This document shows, piece after piece, positions 40,136 to 53,087 of a stretch of DNA of 64,000 bases. The notes beneath the pieces are model-generated. The model was given only the letters and a program-made list of their open reading frames with translations, ran no database searches and was not told the DNA's origin. Source of the stretch: Negaprion brevirostris (taxonomy: Eukaryota); contig JARDVH010000031.1 of NCBI GenBank assembly GCA_030324005.1, positions 67,238,177 to 67,302,176 of the forward strand. Reading direction: 5' to 3'. The position numbers and the translations under genes were made by a program. Numbering within the stretch: the stretch's first letter is position 1; each line of letters starts with the position of its first letter.

Positions 40136-41299
40136 TTTCAAAGTGCCAAAATGAATACGGATCGAAACAAGGTGTTCCATTAAAAGTTGATGGTGGGTGA
40201 CAATAAATTCAATTATCTCACTGCCTCTGTTTTCTGCTCAGTATATTTTTCACTGGGCTGTCACTGACTACAAGAAATGCCCAACAGGTGGGTATGCAAT
40301 ATTTAGATCTGCCAGTGTCAGTCATAAAAGGTGCTGAAAACGAGTGTAGCACAATTTACTGTCAGAAGTAACCCTGCTTGTATTCAGCCTGAGCATAAAA
40401 TAGGCAGATGAACTTGGGAGCTGCACTTACGTTGTGAGTTATTGAAGCACATTATAACCTATGCCTTTCCCATTTTCACACATTGCACCTTGGTTGATTA
40501 TTCCACCATCCTTGTTCAAGTTATAACAACTAAGCAAACTATTTCTTTTTGGACCACTTTGTACTGAAAAAGTGCAGGGTTAACGTGACCTAATATAATT
40601 CTATTATTCCTCCACATGCCACACCAATTTATCTTGGCAAGCTTGTCAATTGAATGATGGACATATATAGTGCCAAGTTAGTGTCTTTAATCAGAAGCTG
40701 CAATGTTTCTGGCAGGAATACAAAGCAGATTATGTGAATGAGTAGGCTGTATTAAGTTATAACAACAGCTTAAAAGTCTTGGGAGTAGGAGTTGTTGCTT
40801 GTGTAAGACTTTAAGACTCTGAAGAGTAAGGAGAAATTGTAGCTGGGAAATCTGGAAAAGATGGGGAAGGTAGAGATTGTCCTGAATTTAATGGAAGGAT
40901 TTTATTCAACTTTTCTTTTCTATTTCCAAGCTGACAGCCAGGCACATAAGGCTGGTTAATTATCGGGAAGGATAGGTAAGAGGTTAAAGACTGTCGGAGA
41001 GGCAGGAGTGATGGAGACAGAGATATCGCTTGACTTGGAGATCCTTGTGGAAGGGGTGGGATTATGCAGGTGTGGGGGTTAGGAATCATGGAAGAGTGTT
41101 AGCTGATCTTGGGTGGAGTGGTGTGTGGGGTGCATGTTGACGAATCATGAGTAAGGAATGTTGAATGATCACAGGATGAAAGTGTGAGAGAGTGGAAAGG
41201 AAGACAGAATGTGGTGGGTTACCTTGGGGGTCATGGGGAAGCATCCATGCATATCCTGGCCAACAATGTAACCCACCCCCACCACAACCACAACAACAT

Positions 41300-41580
41300 A
41301 CAAGGACAAGGGCAGTAAACCTATGGGATCATCACCAGCTGGAAGTTTCCCTCCAAGCTACTCACNNNNNNNNNNNNNNNNNNNNNNNNNNNNNNNNNNN
41401 NNNNNNNNNNNNNNNNNNNNNNNNATCCCTCACTAATAGCACTATAAGTGTACCAACATCACATGGACTGCAGGGGTTAGAAAAAGCAACTCAATAACAC
41501 CCTCTCAAGGATAATTAGGGATGGGCCATAAGTGTTCACTGAACCAGCAAGACCTACATCGGATGAATGAATTTTAAAAA
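41300..41580 (+). mobile_element. LINE 3' end (same family as 30545)
   Basis: RTRAVNLWDHHQLEVSLQ...SLTNSTISVPTSHGLQ, followed by the tail ctcaagggataattagggatgggcc...gaatgaat. Confidence 0.8.
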
Positions 41581-42771
41581 CAATTTTAAATCTTATGAGA
41601 AGAAAAGAGGATGATACGATTTCACAGTTTGGACAACTTATTTAAAGATGATAACAGTTGTGGCANNNNNNNNNNGACAGCTCACTGGATATAGAAGTGA
41701 CACCATTTTAATAGGTCCAGGATAGAAGGAAGATTAGCATCTGAGCAATACGATGGAAGGGGTGTGAACTCTTATGAATTTAGAACAGTCCTCTGATAGT
41801 TATTGAAATAAGAACACAGCGAAGTAATAACTAGACACAGTCTCAGACACTAGGGTGGCCTGACTGTAAAACAAGGGTCTGTGCAGCCTTGCACCATGAC
41901 AAGAATGGAAAAACTGCACTTTCAAAACTAGGAGTAACATTATGAAAATATACATTCTCGAACATCAATCTTTTAAAGGAAAAACAATGTCCTGTAATAT
42001 ATTCATCAACACTGAAGTTTTCTGCTCCCATTTTCAGAAGTGTGAGATGATAAAAAATAACAATGCCATCAAATCTTTTAAAGGTTGTCCCCATTTGGTT
42101 AAAAGTATATTTTAACAGTTTAATCATGGACAGAATAATCTGGATAATATTTTTAACCTAGTACAATCTCACAGAATTCTCTAGCAAACATATTTTCAGC
42201 ACCAGACTGATGTAATGTTCTGGATAAACATTCTAACTATGCAGTCAAAACTATAGAAATACAACAAGTTTTCCAGATTTTAATTTCACTTTTTTTTCGC
42301 ATAGACAGAATTCATTAGTCAATTTTCACAAATGATACCTTTTACTGCTTAAATATACATTGTACCAAATTAATTTTTCATATATTCAGAAACTTTGGCA
42401 ATAGACCTTGCTCCTCAGTAAACCTTTGGTCCACAAAATTAAAACAAATACTGAAGATCAAATCAAAATATTCTGCGCTATACATCTGCATTGTTGTTAC
42501 CAGTCAGGCAATGCTATAATTGTTAAGATCAATTCTAAAATGTCTCTATTATTAGTCATTGATTAATGTTAAGGTATTAGTTTCTAGCATCAGTAGGTGT
42601 TGAAAATTTCACACTCATATCCTTCAACTTGGATATCCCCCCTGAACTTCCAAAAATGTTCCTGTACATCCCATGTTTTCATTTTTCAATACACACAAAG
42701 TTACACTGTGGCTAATACTTTCCCAGATCTGTCATTTTAAAAATAATTATAAATTAATACCTCAATGACAT

Positions 42772-43074
42772 GGATGGCATGGTGGCACAGTGGTTAGCAC
42801 TGCTGCCTCACAGCCCCAGGGACCTTGGTTCAATTCCAGCCTTGGGTGACTGTCTGTGTGGACTTTGCATTTTCTCTGTGTCTGCGTGGGTTTCCTCTGG
42901 GTGCTCTGGTTTCTTCCCAGAGTCCGAAAGATGTGCTGGTTTAGTATTGGTCATGCTAAATTCTCCCTCAGTGTACCCAAACAGGCATCGGAGTGTGGCA
43001 ACCTGGGGATTTTCACAGTAACTTCATTGCAGTGTTAACGTAAGTCTACTTGTGACACTAATAAATAAACTTTA
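42772..43074 (+). mobile_element. V-SINE with alternative tail B, complete
   Basis: Head and V-domain, then gctaaattctccctcagtgtacc...aacttcattgcagtgttaacgtaagtctacttgtgacactaataaataaacttt. Confidence 0.88.
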
Positions 43075-43661
43075 AAATTAACATGACAGAGCAGGCTAGC
43101 AAAAGTGGATATTGCTAGATAACATGGATTATACTCCATACTCATCCCAAATGACTTCTGCACTGACGAAGTGACATTGAGTGCACACAAACAGGCAAGG
43201 ATTTCCAGGAGGAGGGCCACACAGTCCCTCAGGTATACCCTGCCATTTATAAGATTTTGGCAATCATCTCCTAAACTCCATTTTCTCACCCTATCTATTC
43301 CTTGATTCCCTGAGGGTTCATTGTTTCTGTCTATTTTCCTAGTGTAGACAGGAAACTTATTGAATGTCCAAGCACTGGTTTTACTCAAATCTGAGCACAT
43401 TTAACTGGAACTTACAGTGCTGAAGTTGGTCAACCTCCGTAAACAGTAAAAATTGAGATTCATTTAATTTCCTGTCTTAGTTTATTTTTCAATTCTGCTC
43501 GGGATTAATGTGAGACATGGAGGGTGAAACTGGACTTTGCAATATTAGCATTTGGAAACCCTGGTTAAAATTTCTGTCTGTAAGTTCAACAAAGTCATTA
43601 ACCATATAATGTAACCAGATAGATAATGCCTCCATTAAAATAGCAAGCAAAGGAACATCAT

Positions 43662-44361
43662 GGCCCAAACTTTGCTGTCAAAGTAACAAGACAAATGGTG
43701 CTCTATTATCTGTAAACAAATCTCACAACACTAACTTTAGCAACAGCAACTTTAGGTGAGGGTGATGCATAGCTAAATGTGGAAGTTCAAAAACTTACTG
43801 TTAGAAATGTGCTGTGCTCCTTAACTTTGTGGAAAAGAAAAACACTTTACTGTCTGACTACCTACCAAATTGTATTGAGTGCTATGAAGTTCATGTAGCT
43901 GTTTGTATATGAAATAAATGCATCACAGAAAGTTAAATGAAGTGATTTCAAGTCTACATACTTTTTTACAATGTAATAAATGGTAATGATTGTCAGTCTA
44001 CCTCTCTGGCACTGAAACCTAACTATTCTAAGTGTGAGTTCTCACTCTTTCAGGCTTTAGTTGTTGGAGATTTTTTAAAAAAAATTTACTTTTTTCTTTC
44101 TATTTCTCTGTCTCACATTTCAATGTTTTTTTTCCCTAGTGTTTAATTCCCTGTTCAAAACCAATCTTCCTTTTCAATCCTTGTGTTGCTAATTTCATAA
44201 GAGTCCAATCTGATCAATTAAGGAGCTTACCCAGTGCTCTGCTGAAGGTGCAGCACCATTTACATCTCACACTTCCATGGTAAAATATAGTCGACATTAA
44301 ATCGGCACATTCAATTAACAGTCAAAAAAATGTGGTGGCCTGGCACAGCAACTTTTGGGCC
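43662..44361. mobile_element. 700-bp non-autonomous DNA transposon with TIRs
   Basis: The left end GGCCCAAACTTTGCTGT matches the reverse complement of the right end, GGCCCAAAAGTTGCTGT, at 15 of 17 positions. Confidence 0.7.
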
Positions 44362-45150
44362 TATACATCTAAGTTAACAGGTTCTTTGTGAAAAACATGA
44401 ATTCACATGGTCGGTTTAGATGCTTGGCTAGAATATGCAACATTTAGTTTTCTCAAACCAAGCCAGATACAGTGGAAACACATCAAATTCTCCTTATTTC
44501 TGACACAAGAATATAGTAAAAATGCAACTCATTAAGCATTTATCATCATACTAAAATAAAAACAATGAAATGTTAAATAAGAACCAAGCCAGCAGTTCAG
44601 TCAGACCTGAAATTTGAGTTTGATTTAGGATTCACCTTGACATTTATCCCTACTCATTTCTGAAGAGATGACTACTGCAACTTCCAAAACTGTTTAACAT
44701 TAGGGCATTTTCCCCCCAAGACTACAGGTATCTAAACTAGTAATAGGAAAACCAACAGGGACAAAAATTATTTATAATCATTAAAATTACCCATTCAGCT
44801 GAAAACGGTGCAGCAGAGATTGTCAAATGTGCCATACTTCTACCAAAAAACAGAACTGGTATAAAATTAAAAAAAAAACAAATGGTTTGTGTAATTCTTC
44901 CAAGTACAGGATCAAATACAATGGGAGATGCAATCAGCAGCTTTGTTCTACGTGGTTTAGTGCAGGTGGCTTTCCCAGTCCATTAGACAGAAATATTGGA
45001 CAACGGGGCAGTCAAGAATCCTCAGCGCAAAAACACATTTAGTGCTGATGCAAAAAAATATAATCAGAACACTGTCATTACATAGAAAAATTAATCCTTT
45101 CTTTATACATTTATACAGTGTTTAAAAAAGATACAAGACTAAAGGGTAAT
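44362..45150 (-). other. LRP1B: Proximal LRP1B 3' UTR (3' end not defined)
   Basis: Repeat-free, U-rich (minus strand) sequence directly after the stop codon. I saw no canonical AATAAA in it, so the end point is uncertain. Confidence 0.55.
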
Positions 45151-45291
45151 CTAAGCAACAGTCTCCCTCAGGCCATCTTCTAATTTCTTTGGAAGCAATT
45201 CTTTCTTTTCCTCTGTGCTGACTAAAGAATTCCGGCAATTTGATGCATCCAAGTACAGTTTTGCATAAACAGGATTTGAGTAATTTGTCGG
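45151..45291 (-). CDS. LRP1B: LRP1B terminal coding exon: [46 protein letters not shown]
   Basis: Manual translation. The acceptor is ttcgacAG|ccg (phase 0), the exon is 141 nt and the TAG stop is at 45153-45151. It matches the recalled LRP1B C-terminus [13 protein letters not shown]...KELLPKK...RETVA, including the second NPxY and the YxxL motif. Confidence 0.95.
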   Translation of the reverse strand, partial: PTNYSNPVYAKLYLDASNCRNSLVSTEEKKELLPKKLEDGLRETVA

Positions 45292-45724
45292 CTGTCGAAT
45301 AAAGAAAGGACAAAAGTCATGTTATTGAATTTTGAATGTCAGTAGATCCTTAGAACACAGCAAATGAGATCCTGAGTGTACAAAACTCACAAGACAATAT
45401 TAATCTAGCATTTGTTCCTGGTACAAAAGGACACCATATTTATTATTCATTAAAATTGAAGTATGCATGCCTGCAGCCACAGCCCCTCAAGGTCTGCAAT
45501 ATGATGGTTTTGGAATCAATTTAATATTGTGCTATGATTCTGCATTTGCATCAATCTTTCATGAGATTTTGGTATCTCTATTCTCAGTCACTTTCAAACT
45601 CATTAAATGCACCTACTGTGACTATCATGGCTGGAAGTGGAGTGACTCAACGTTAGTGTTGCCATATATGCATTTCGTAAGCTAAGATGCCAACAGAGAA
45701 TTGGAATTATTCTCAATCTCAGCA

Positions 45725-46900
45725 ACACAGAATTGTTGCAGTGCAGACGAGGCCATCCAGCCTATTGTGTCTTTTGACGGTTTTTCGAAGGTGCAGTTCA
45801 TTTTAGTGCCCTTCTCATAGAGTCATAGAGGTTTACTGCATGGAAACAGGCCCTTCGGCCCAGCTTGTCCATGCCACCTTTCTCCCTGTAATCCTCCTTT
45901 GCAGATAACAGTCTAATTCTCTTTTAAATGCTTCGATTTAACCTGCCTCTACTGCACTCTCAAGCTCAGTCCAGACTTTAACCACTTGATATGTGAAAAT
46001 GATTTTCCTCACATTGCCTTTTTCCTTTTGGCATTTACTTTAAGTCTGTGCCCTCTCATTCTCACTGCTTTCAGAAATGTGAAGTTTCTCCCTATCTGCT
46101 CTGTCCAGGCCACCATGATTTTGAATACCTCAACCAAAGCTCCATCTTCTGTTCTCCAAGGAAAACAGTTCTAACTGCTCCAACCTATCTTCATAATTGA
46201 AGTTCCTCATCCCTGGAACAATTGTCCTGAATCTTTCCTGTGTTCTTTCCAAAGCCTTTATATGCTTTGTAAAATGTTGTGCCCAGAATTGGAACAATAC
46301 TCCAGTGGCAGTTGAATTAATGTCATATACAAGTTCAACATAACCACATTGCTCTTGTACTGTCTCCAACTGCAATATAACCAGCTAAGAAAGTGTTTCA
46401 ATCCATTCAAGGCCTCCAGTTGCTAAGTAGCACTGTTACTTCTGCCAGCCTCTATTTATTCTTCATGTCATAGCCCTCCCCAAGCATAATAGAAACACAG
46501 TTGGAACTTAACGAAACCCCACCCATGCAAACATCTTGATCCATTACAAATCTAACTATAGGTTTCACTCTTCCAGATACAGAAATATCAACTTAACCAA
46601 ACTTAAAATTATACCTTATTTTTAATCTCTATCAATGCAAATCCCTTAAAACTATCTTTGTTNNNNNNNNNNGTATAAAATGCAAACTTTGAAATGGTGC
46701 CCCGTATACCATGGTTCAGGGTATTAATATTTATGAGGAAAAGCAAGGGTCCCAATACTGCCCCCTTCAGGACTCCATAACAACATTTCCACCCGCCTGA
46801 ATAAATCCATTACCCACTTACACTCTGTTTCCTGTCACTCTGCCAATTCTGTATCCATGTTGCAACTGTCCCTTTTATCCTATGAAATATTCTATTCCAT
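45725..46900 (-). mobile_element. Intronic CR1 fragments
   Basis: ORF QFWAQHFTKHIKALERTQERFRTIVPGMRNFNYEDRLEQLELFSLENRR. The reverse complement of a GVLKGAVLGP-like motif lies at about 46745-46780. A short younger CR1 tail lies at 45816-45880. Confidence 0.85.
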
Positions 46901-47559
46901 GAAGATTAATATAAGTATTGTCTATTAAAAATCACAGCACACATTCTAACAGAATATCTATCAAATATCTCGGTTGTAAGCTGGTATCAAACAGATAAAA
47001 ATATGAGGACTCATGGTAACAGTTGCGATCACTTATAGAAATTATATAAATAGATACTTTTCATCTTCCCAATAGGCAGCTTGAAGCCACATTCTCCATA
47101 AGTGATCCAGCACTGATGATAATTATGTTAAAACCTAAGAGATGCCAAGTTTCTTCTTCTTCCAATTTTGAATATTGAGTATTGAAATACTGAACGATAA
47201 CATTTTCAACTTCAGTGTAAAAAAATTTCAGTCATGAACACTCTTGTGCATTGACCAAACAAATAGATATTTTTAAATTTAGAGATCGGTAAATTCTTTC
47301 TGTACAGACTAGGATAAGGATATATTGTGGAGATGGTGTTGGGGACAGTGGAATCCATATTTAAGTATTGAATCCGGATTCCAGATTCTTGGGAATGTTG
47401 TACAACAAAGCCAAATTGGATTGCTAGTTGCATGCATTGTGAATGATCTCCATCTTAGTTAAACATTCCACTGTGGCCATTAAAACCTACAAACAACCAA
47501 CTTATAGGAAACACTGTTACGGAACAGTACATCCAATAAATGATGGACATGATACAAAG

Positions 47560-48218
47560 GATGGAACTTCTCCATTTTTTGGCAAAGCGTCATCCTAGGC
47601 GGAAAAAAGCAGAAGATAGCCTGCCGGCAGCGTTTGCTGGGTTTTCCCAGTATATTTTTAAAACCTTTGCCAATAAAAGTGAAGGAATCGGTCTCAGGAA
47701 CTGATGCTGGCATGCTTGCCTCTGAATGAACCCGCCCAGCCAGCAGAATAGGTTGTTAAAAAATCGATGCACCACTTTTAAAGGGCACCCTGAATTTTAA
47801 AAAGATTGAGACAGTCTCCTTCCCCACGCCCCGCCCACTTGACCTTCCCCATCATCCTCTCATGGAGGCCCTTCTTCGTGACCTCCTCCAGGGACCTCTC
47901 CCCCCTCATATCCAACAGAAAATCACCCTCTTTGGCAATGTGCCCTGGCACTGCCCAGGCATGACCCTCTCTGCCCTGGGCCTGTATGCACCTGTGTGCC
48001 TCCAGCAGATTCTGCTCATCAGNNNNNNNNNNNNNNNNNNNNNNNNNNNNNNNNNGCCTGATAACATTTAAATCGATGCAAATTGAAGTGGGAGATGGGT
48101 ACTGGAGGCAATTGATTGGGGAAATCCTGCTGCGTAAAAGCCGTTTTAGGACCACCATTCTATTCTCTGCCCCTTCTGTCATTCTGAACTCCCCCAAAAT
48201 CGGGAGCAGAAAATCCCT
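47560..48218. mobile_element. GC-rich DNA-transposon-like element in the last LRP1B intron
   Basis: GC/CpG-rich island with termini like those of the other TIR elements (ggatggaacttctcc and cagaaaatccc). Confidence 0.5.
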
Positions 48219-48354
48219 AAGTTCCATTTGTAATGATATATTGATGACTTCACACATTTCTTTTAGTCTTTCTCACAGTTGCATGCAGAGGAACAGCAAA
48301 ATGGGCTCATGGTTTCCATTAGTGTCCAATGTTCCAGTGCAAGAACACATATAC

Positions 48355-48502
48355 CTTTTCTGGATCTAATGTGAAATCTGGATCCAGCAAACCTCCAGAA
48401 TTTTCGTGACTGCGATTAACTTCATACATGTTGTACGTTGGATTTCCAATTTCCACATTCATCCCTCCATTTGTCAGCGGATGCCTCCGTACAGTTTTCA
48501 CA
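48355..48502 (-). CDS. LRP1B: LRP1B cytoplasmic exon: (R)[49 protein letters not shown]
   Basis: Overlaps ORF 48319..48501. The acceptor is ctactAG|t and the donor is aag|GTatat. The 148-nt exon is phase 2 to 0 and contains the first NPxY motif (NVEIGNPTY) typical of LRP1/LRP1B. Confidence 0.95.
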
Positions 48503-49061
48503 CTAGTAGGGCATCAAAACAGGTTGAAATGAATTCTTGGCTATTAAAGAATTTGTGTCAAAGTACTCTAAGTTCAAATAGAAATCCCTGGTTTCAAACC
48601 TGTCCGCAGGTTTGTTGGACCAGGTACAAAAATAACAAATTTGCATCAGCCTAGTGTAATAACTATGTATTAGTATTTCAAATGTTTCTTTGTTAAAATT
48701 TTTTATACTCATCAAGGTGAGAGGCATTGCTAAAGAAGAATATTTCTACTTTGTGCTATTGATGTCATCCCCAAGAATTCCCAAGTCAAATGCAAAGTAT
48801 CTTTTGACTTTACCTGGACAACATGCCTCTACAAACTACCCCGTCAACATAGCATTTTTCTCCTTCCCCGACCTGTTAGCCGCCCTGATTGCAGAGTTTC
48901 CAATTTGATATGAAGTTATGCTGAATTAGGTGTGCTTTTCTATCAATTCAGAATGAATTGAGATGCCTGAGTTCATTTTATATCAGATGCTTACAGCAAG
49001 CAAGGCAAACATTCATTACACTGTATTGCTTCAAGGATGAATTACCGTCAAAACCACTTAC

Positions 49062-49152
49062 CGTTGTCTTTTTTTGCAGATGATTATTCCAACAACCACT
49101 GCAATAATCAGGAGAACCAAGATAACAAGGGGCACAATAAATGTGATATTTC
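49062..49152 (-). CDS. LRP1B: LRP1B transmembrane exon: (R)NITFIVPLVILVLLIIAVVVGIIICKKRQ(R)
   Basis: Polypyrimidine acceptor ttcttcttttccAG|ga and donor cg|GTaagt. The 91-nt exon is phase 1 to 2 and encodes a hydrophobic helix followed by a basic stop-transfer CKKRQR. Confidence 0.94.
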
Positions 49153-49511
49153 CTGGAAAAGAAGAACAAAAATGGACAACGCAATTCACCAGATTTCTTC
49201 TGTCAAATATAATGGTAAATCCTCAAATACAGTTAGCTGTTTCCCACAGAGGTGCTTTCTCTTGGATGAAATAAACAAATACCCATTGTGCTGGCCAATC
49301 CTTTGACAACANNNNNNNNNNNNNNNNNNNNNNNNNNNNNNAACTCCTCAGTTTGCCTTCTGTATATCACGGGTAGGCTGAACTATTAATTCAGAAAATA
49401 TAAAGTTACTACTGGGCCATGATCAGTATTAAAAGTAAACACAAGTTACACTTTGTACATTTTTTGGCTTTCAGTGACGGTACCATGTACCCTGTTTTAG
49501 TTGATGATTTT

Positions 49512-49700
49512 TGGTAGCTCATTTGGCTGGATGGCTAGCATGTAGTTCAGAATAACAACAACATGGGGGAGTGATTTTCATTCTGGCAGAGGTAGACTGG
49601 GGACCTGTCTTTTCGTCCTGTCGCTGATAATGGAAGGCAATGGAAAACCAACACTGACGAAAACTGCCAAGGAAGCAACTCAAGATGAAGCACCAGCTTG
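49512..49700 (+). mobile_element. Degenerate tRNA-SINE with RTE-like tail
   Basis: A-box-like ggtagctcatttgg; 3' motif gaaggcaatggaaaacca resembles an RTE/BovB-derived SINE segment. Confidence 0.5.
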
Positions 49701-49879
49701 CCTTTGCAAAGAGCGCGTTACCATATCTGATGAATTATCTACCTCTCAAAGGCGTCAAATCCTTCCTCTCTGACAATGATTGTTCTATCAAAAATATTTT
49801 ATTTATTCTCCTTTAACTATGATATCACCCCACCCCCCCTCCCCCACACCTTTTTAAAGGGAGCTGTATTCACTACAAA

Positions 49880-50318
49880 CCTCACCCACAAGAAACTACA
49901 AAAGGTTGCGAATGTAGCCCAGTTTGTCATGCAAACCAGTCTCCCATCCATTGACTCCAACTACTTCCCGCTGCCTCAGAAAAGCAACCAGCATAATCAA
50001 GGACCCACTCACCTCGGACATATTCTCTCCCACCTTCTTCTGTCAGGAAAAAGGTACAGAAGTCTGAGATTATGTGCCAGTCGACTCAAGAGCAGTTTCT
50101 TTCCTGCTGCCATCAGACTTTTGAATGGACCTACCTTATATTAAATTGATCTTTCTCCACAACCTAGCTATGACTGTAACACTACATTCTGCAACCTCTC
50201 CTTTCCTTCTTCCCTATGTACACTCTGACTGGTATGCTTTGTCTATATAGCAGACAAGAAACAGTACTTTTCATTGTATCCCAATATATGTGATTATAAT
50301 AAATCAAATCAAAATCAC
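49880..50318 (+). mobile_element. Rex1/Babar-like LINE 3' fragment
   Basis: HKKLQKVANVAQFVMQTSLPSIDS...HLLLSGKRYRSLRLCASRLKSSFFPAAIRLLN, followed by the tail aataaatcaaatcaaaatca. Confidence 0.85.
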
Positions 50319-51090
50319 ATCTTACTTGCTCCATACAGCTGTCTTTTTTGGTCTTTAAAAGGCCTTACTCTTTTCTTGCTAATCCTTTTGCTGTTTACGT
50401 AATTGTAAAATATATTTGGATTTTCCTTGATTTTACTTGCTGACATTTTGTCATGCCTGCTCACCCCTGCACTTCATGTATTCTCCCATATCATCTGTAG
50501 CACGAAGCTCTGTGTCTGATATTATCTTGTTTTTGGCCTTATCTTGCCCTCTTTGCATCTGGTCCAGATTTGCCTGTCCAATGCATTTCCTTTGTGAGAA
50601 CACACATTGAGAAAAGACTGGTTGGATCTGTACAAGACAATCTTTTTAAAAAAAAACGAAAACACTTTCTTTAAAGGGCTTTTATTGCCAAAAACAGACT
50701 TATCCTTGGTCTGTCACCTAATGGCAGTTTTAAAGCAATCCTTGTAACAGGCTGACATTCAGCTGTGCTGCTGGGCATTCTTCATATTACCTTGTGTCCA
50801 AAAGAATGACATGTGATATTTCCATTTGTATTTTCAATCCATGACCTCGCTGAGAAAAGATCTTAGCGTTGGCTATATTATCATGGCAGTTGTATTCTTT
50901 TGAGCTCTTGGTCAGGTTTAGCTATAACTGTCAATAGGAATCAATGAGAGAAGATCATCGGGTATATTGTATGATGAGGATCGGGATACTACTTTAACTG
51001 TTGTCTGCTCATGAAAGTTACAATCAATATTATCGGATCGAGTTCAAGGCTACCAAGGAATTTCCAAGTTGAAACCTAAGGATTAAATCC

Positions 51091-51300
51091 TGGCCAGAGT
51101 TCTCTGATTGTTCACGTTGGTATGATCTTCCAGTCCTGCTGACAGCACATCCTCGCTGTGAGTTTCCTGGAGGCATGGGATGGAATCAATGGGAAAACCC
51201 ATTGACAGCAGTAGGAACAGACTGTCCCGCCACCGGCGAGTGGTGTACCTCCTCCCACCATCAAAAAACATGTGGCTGGGAGGTCAGAGGATCCAGTCCC
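51091..51300. mobile_element. Palindromic MITE-like element
   Basis: Central hairpin tcaatggg-aaaa-cccattga at 51186-51205; similar to the copies at 58880 and 59254. Confidence 0.7.
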
Positions 51301-51473
51301 CTGTCACACAGGTCAAACATTTCTGAGCTGCAGGGTTGGCTCAACATTATAAAGACTTTATCCAGGCCAGTAATCCATTTGCCCTTGAAGGTGGCCCTCA
51401 AATCAGCTCAGAGACCAATGTGTGGTGATAGGAATCTTATATCTATAGTAAGGCTTGAATTTCTAATACTTAC

Positions 51474-51550
51474 TCCCTCTTGTATTTTCCGTTTTGCTGC
51501 TCTTGGGAGCTGGCCTTTCACACTGTGTGCCCGACCATTCATCTGAACAC
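51474..51550 (-). CDS. LRP1B: LRP1B juxtamembrane exon (end of last EGF repeat): CSDEWSGTQCERPAPKSSKTENTRG
   Basis: Acceptor cacttcAG|g and donor a|GTaagt. The 77-nt exon is phase 2 to 1. WSGTQCERPAPKSSK matches the recalled LRP1B sequence rather than LRP1. Confidence 0.94.
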
Positions 51551-53087
51551 CTGAAGTGAACCAATTAAGGATGTAAAATTAATGTACTGCAACTGTTACA
51601 ACCTCCAGAGGAGAGAGCACCTACAGATATCAGCAAGAGCGAACAGCATTTAGGAACATGCATTAAGGTTTCGACAGCAGGTTTGTTTAAATAGCAATGC
51701 TTTGAGGAGATGATTAGCTCTGATATAGGCCAACAGCATGCCATGCATAAAAGCAATTAATTGACAAGGCTATTGAAACATGCCACCAATGCATGATGAG
51801 TCTGCTGGAATTCAATGTTTTACAGCAAAGCACAGTGTTTGGCATAAGGTCAAAACCTACTTGCACTGAGGCTCATTAAATGCAGTTAAAGTGCAAACCC
51901 CTCCATTTTGACAGTAGTAATCACAAAGGTTCATTTTCTGGTCACATCGATCACTTTTAAACCCCACTGTGCATCTGCAGAGTTATAGAATATAAGTGAT
52001 ATTAAAATGCTGAATTGTATTATAATGTAATTTTATTGATCCCCTTTCCTGCTGCATCAGTTTTTCACCAACAAGGATGACTTTGCTGAGTCTAATAACT
52101 CTAATCAATTGAGGACCACTGTTGCTACAGAAAGATAATTTGCTTCAGAGAAAAGTTCACCAATCCTTTCAATAACCATTTTTAGGTTACTGTCGCATGA
52201 GTCTGTGGTTCGTGCGTATTTGGATATGGTTAACTTAAATATCATGGATATTTGTACAAATAATTATATTTGTCCAGAAGATGTTGTGACTGGCCTCAGA
52301 GTCTCAAATTTGAGAGGGCAAATGTCAATCCGGATTCCAAGTCAATGTCAAGTTCTGATCACCATTAAACAATTCCTGGTGGAAAGTGGGCATGTTTGGA
52401 CATCAAGTGAGGAAAGATTGGAGTTTGTTGAGATTTCTCCACAGTTAAATAGTCTGCTGATACTCACTATCTAGACTTGCAGATAAAGAATAGAGATTTG
52501 TACAAAGGACTGCAGTATCCCCATTGTTAGTCCTTGCAAAATTCTCCCACTTCATTTGATAGCATCGTTCAATGATAAATTATAAGGGAAGGAACATTTG
52601 TAAATGGATACCACACAGGACTAAAATTACAATGAAAGATAAATAAAAATTAATGTCTGAGGTGCCATTAGATTCTACAACAGGAACAGTAACATGAATT
52701 TGTGAGCATTTTGACACAAGGGCAGACTTTCATAAACACATGCCAAGTCTCACAATGATCTGTGGAGATTTCTGCTGTTTGTATGTGCAGTGTAATTGTA
52801 AATGCAATCTTTATGCTTGGCTTTGCTATTTTGTTATGAACAGCAATCAATGAAAATCTTTCCTCATAATATCCTGCTATGGTTGCTGTTTGACTGTTTG
52901 CCTTTCTCTATCCCCCACTTAATCACTTAACTTTTCATCCATGTTTCCATTTGGTTCCTGAAGAATCTCAATTAATTTACTTCCTACTTCCTATTTTTTC
53001 CCCATCTGTTTCATCATTGTTGAAGTTGTGAGGAGGACAGATGCTACTTAAAGGAACCCCTTACCCAAATTTAACAAATCCAACAAA

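Noticed and set aside
50965-51030. C-box-like atgatga suggesting an intronic snoRNA
   Set aside because: It is antisense to the host gene, with no D box or terminal stem at a suitable distance.
52497-52540. Imperfect hairpin tttgtacaaaggactgcagt...attgttagtccttgcaaa
   Set aside because: Too short and bulged to call a pre-miRNA, and no known seed was recognised.
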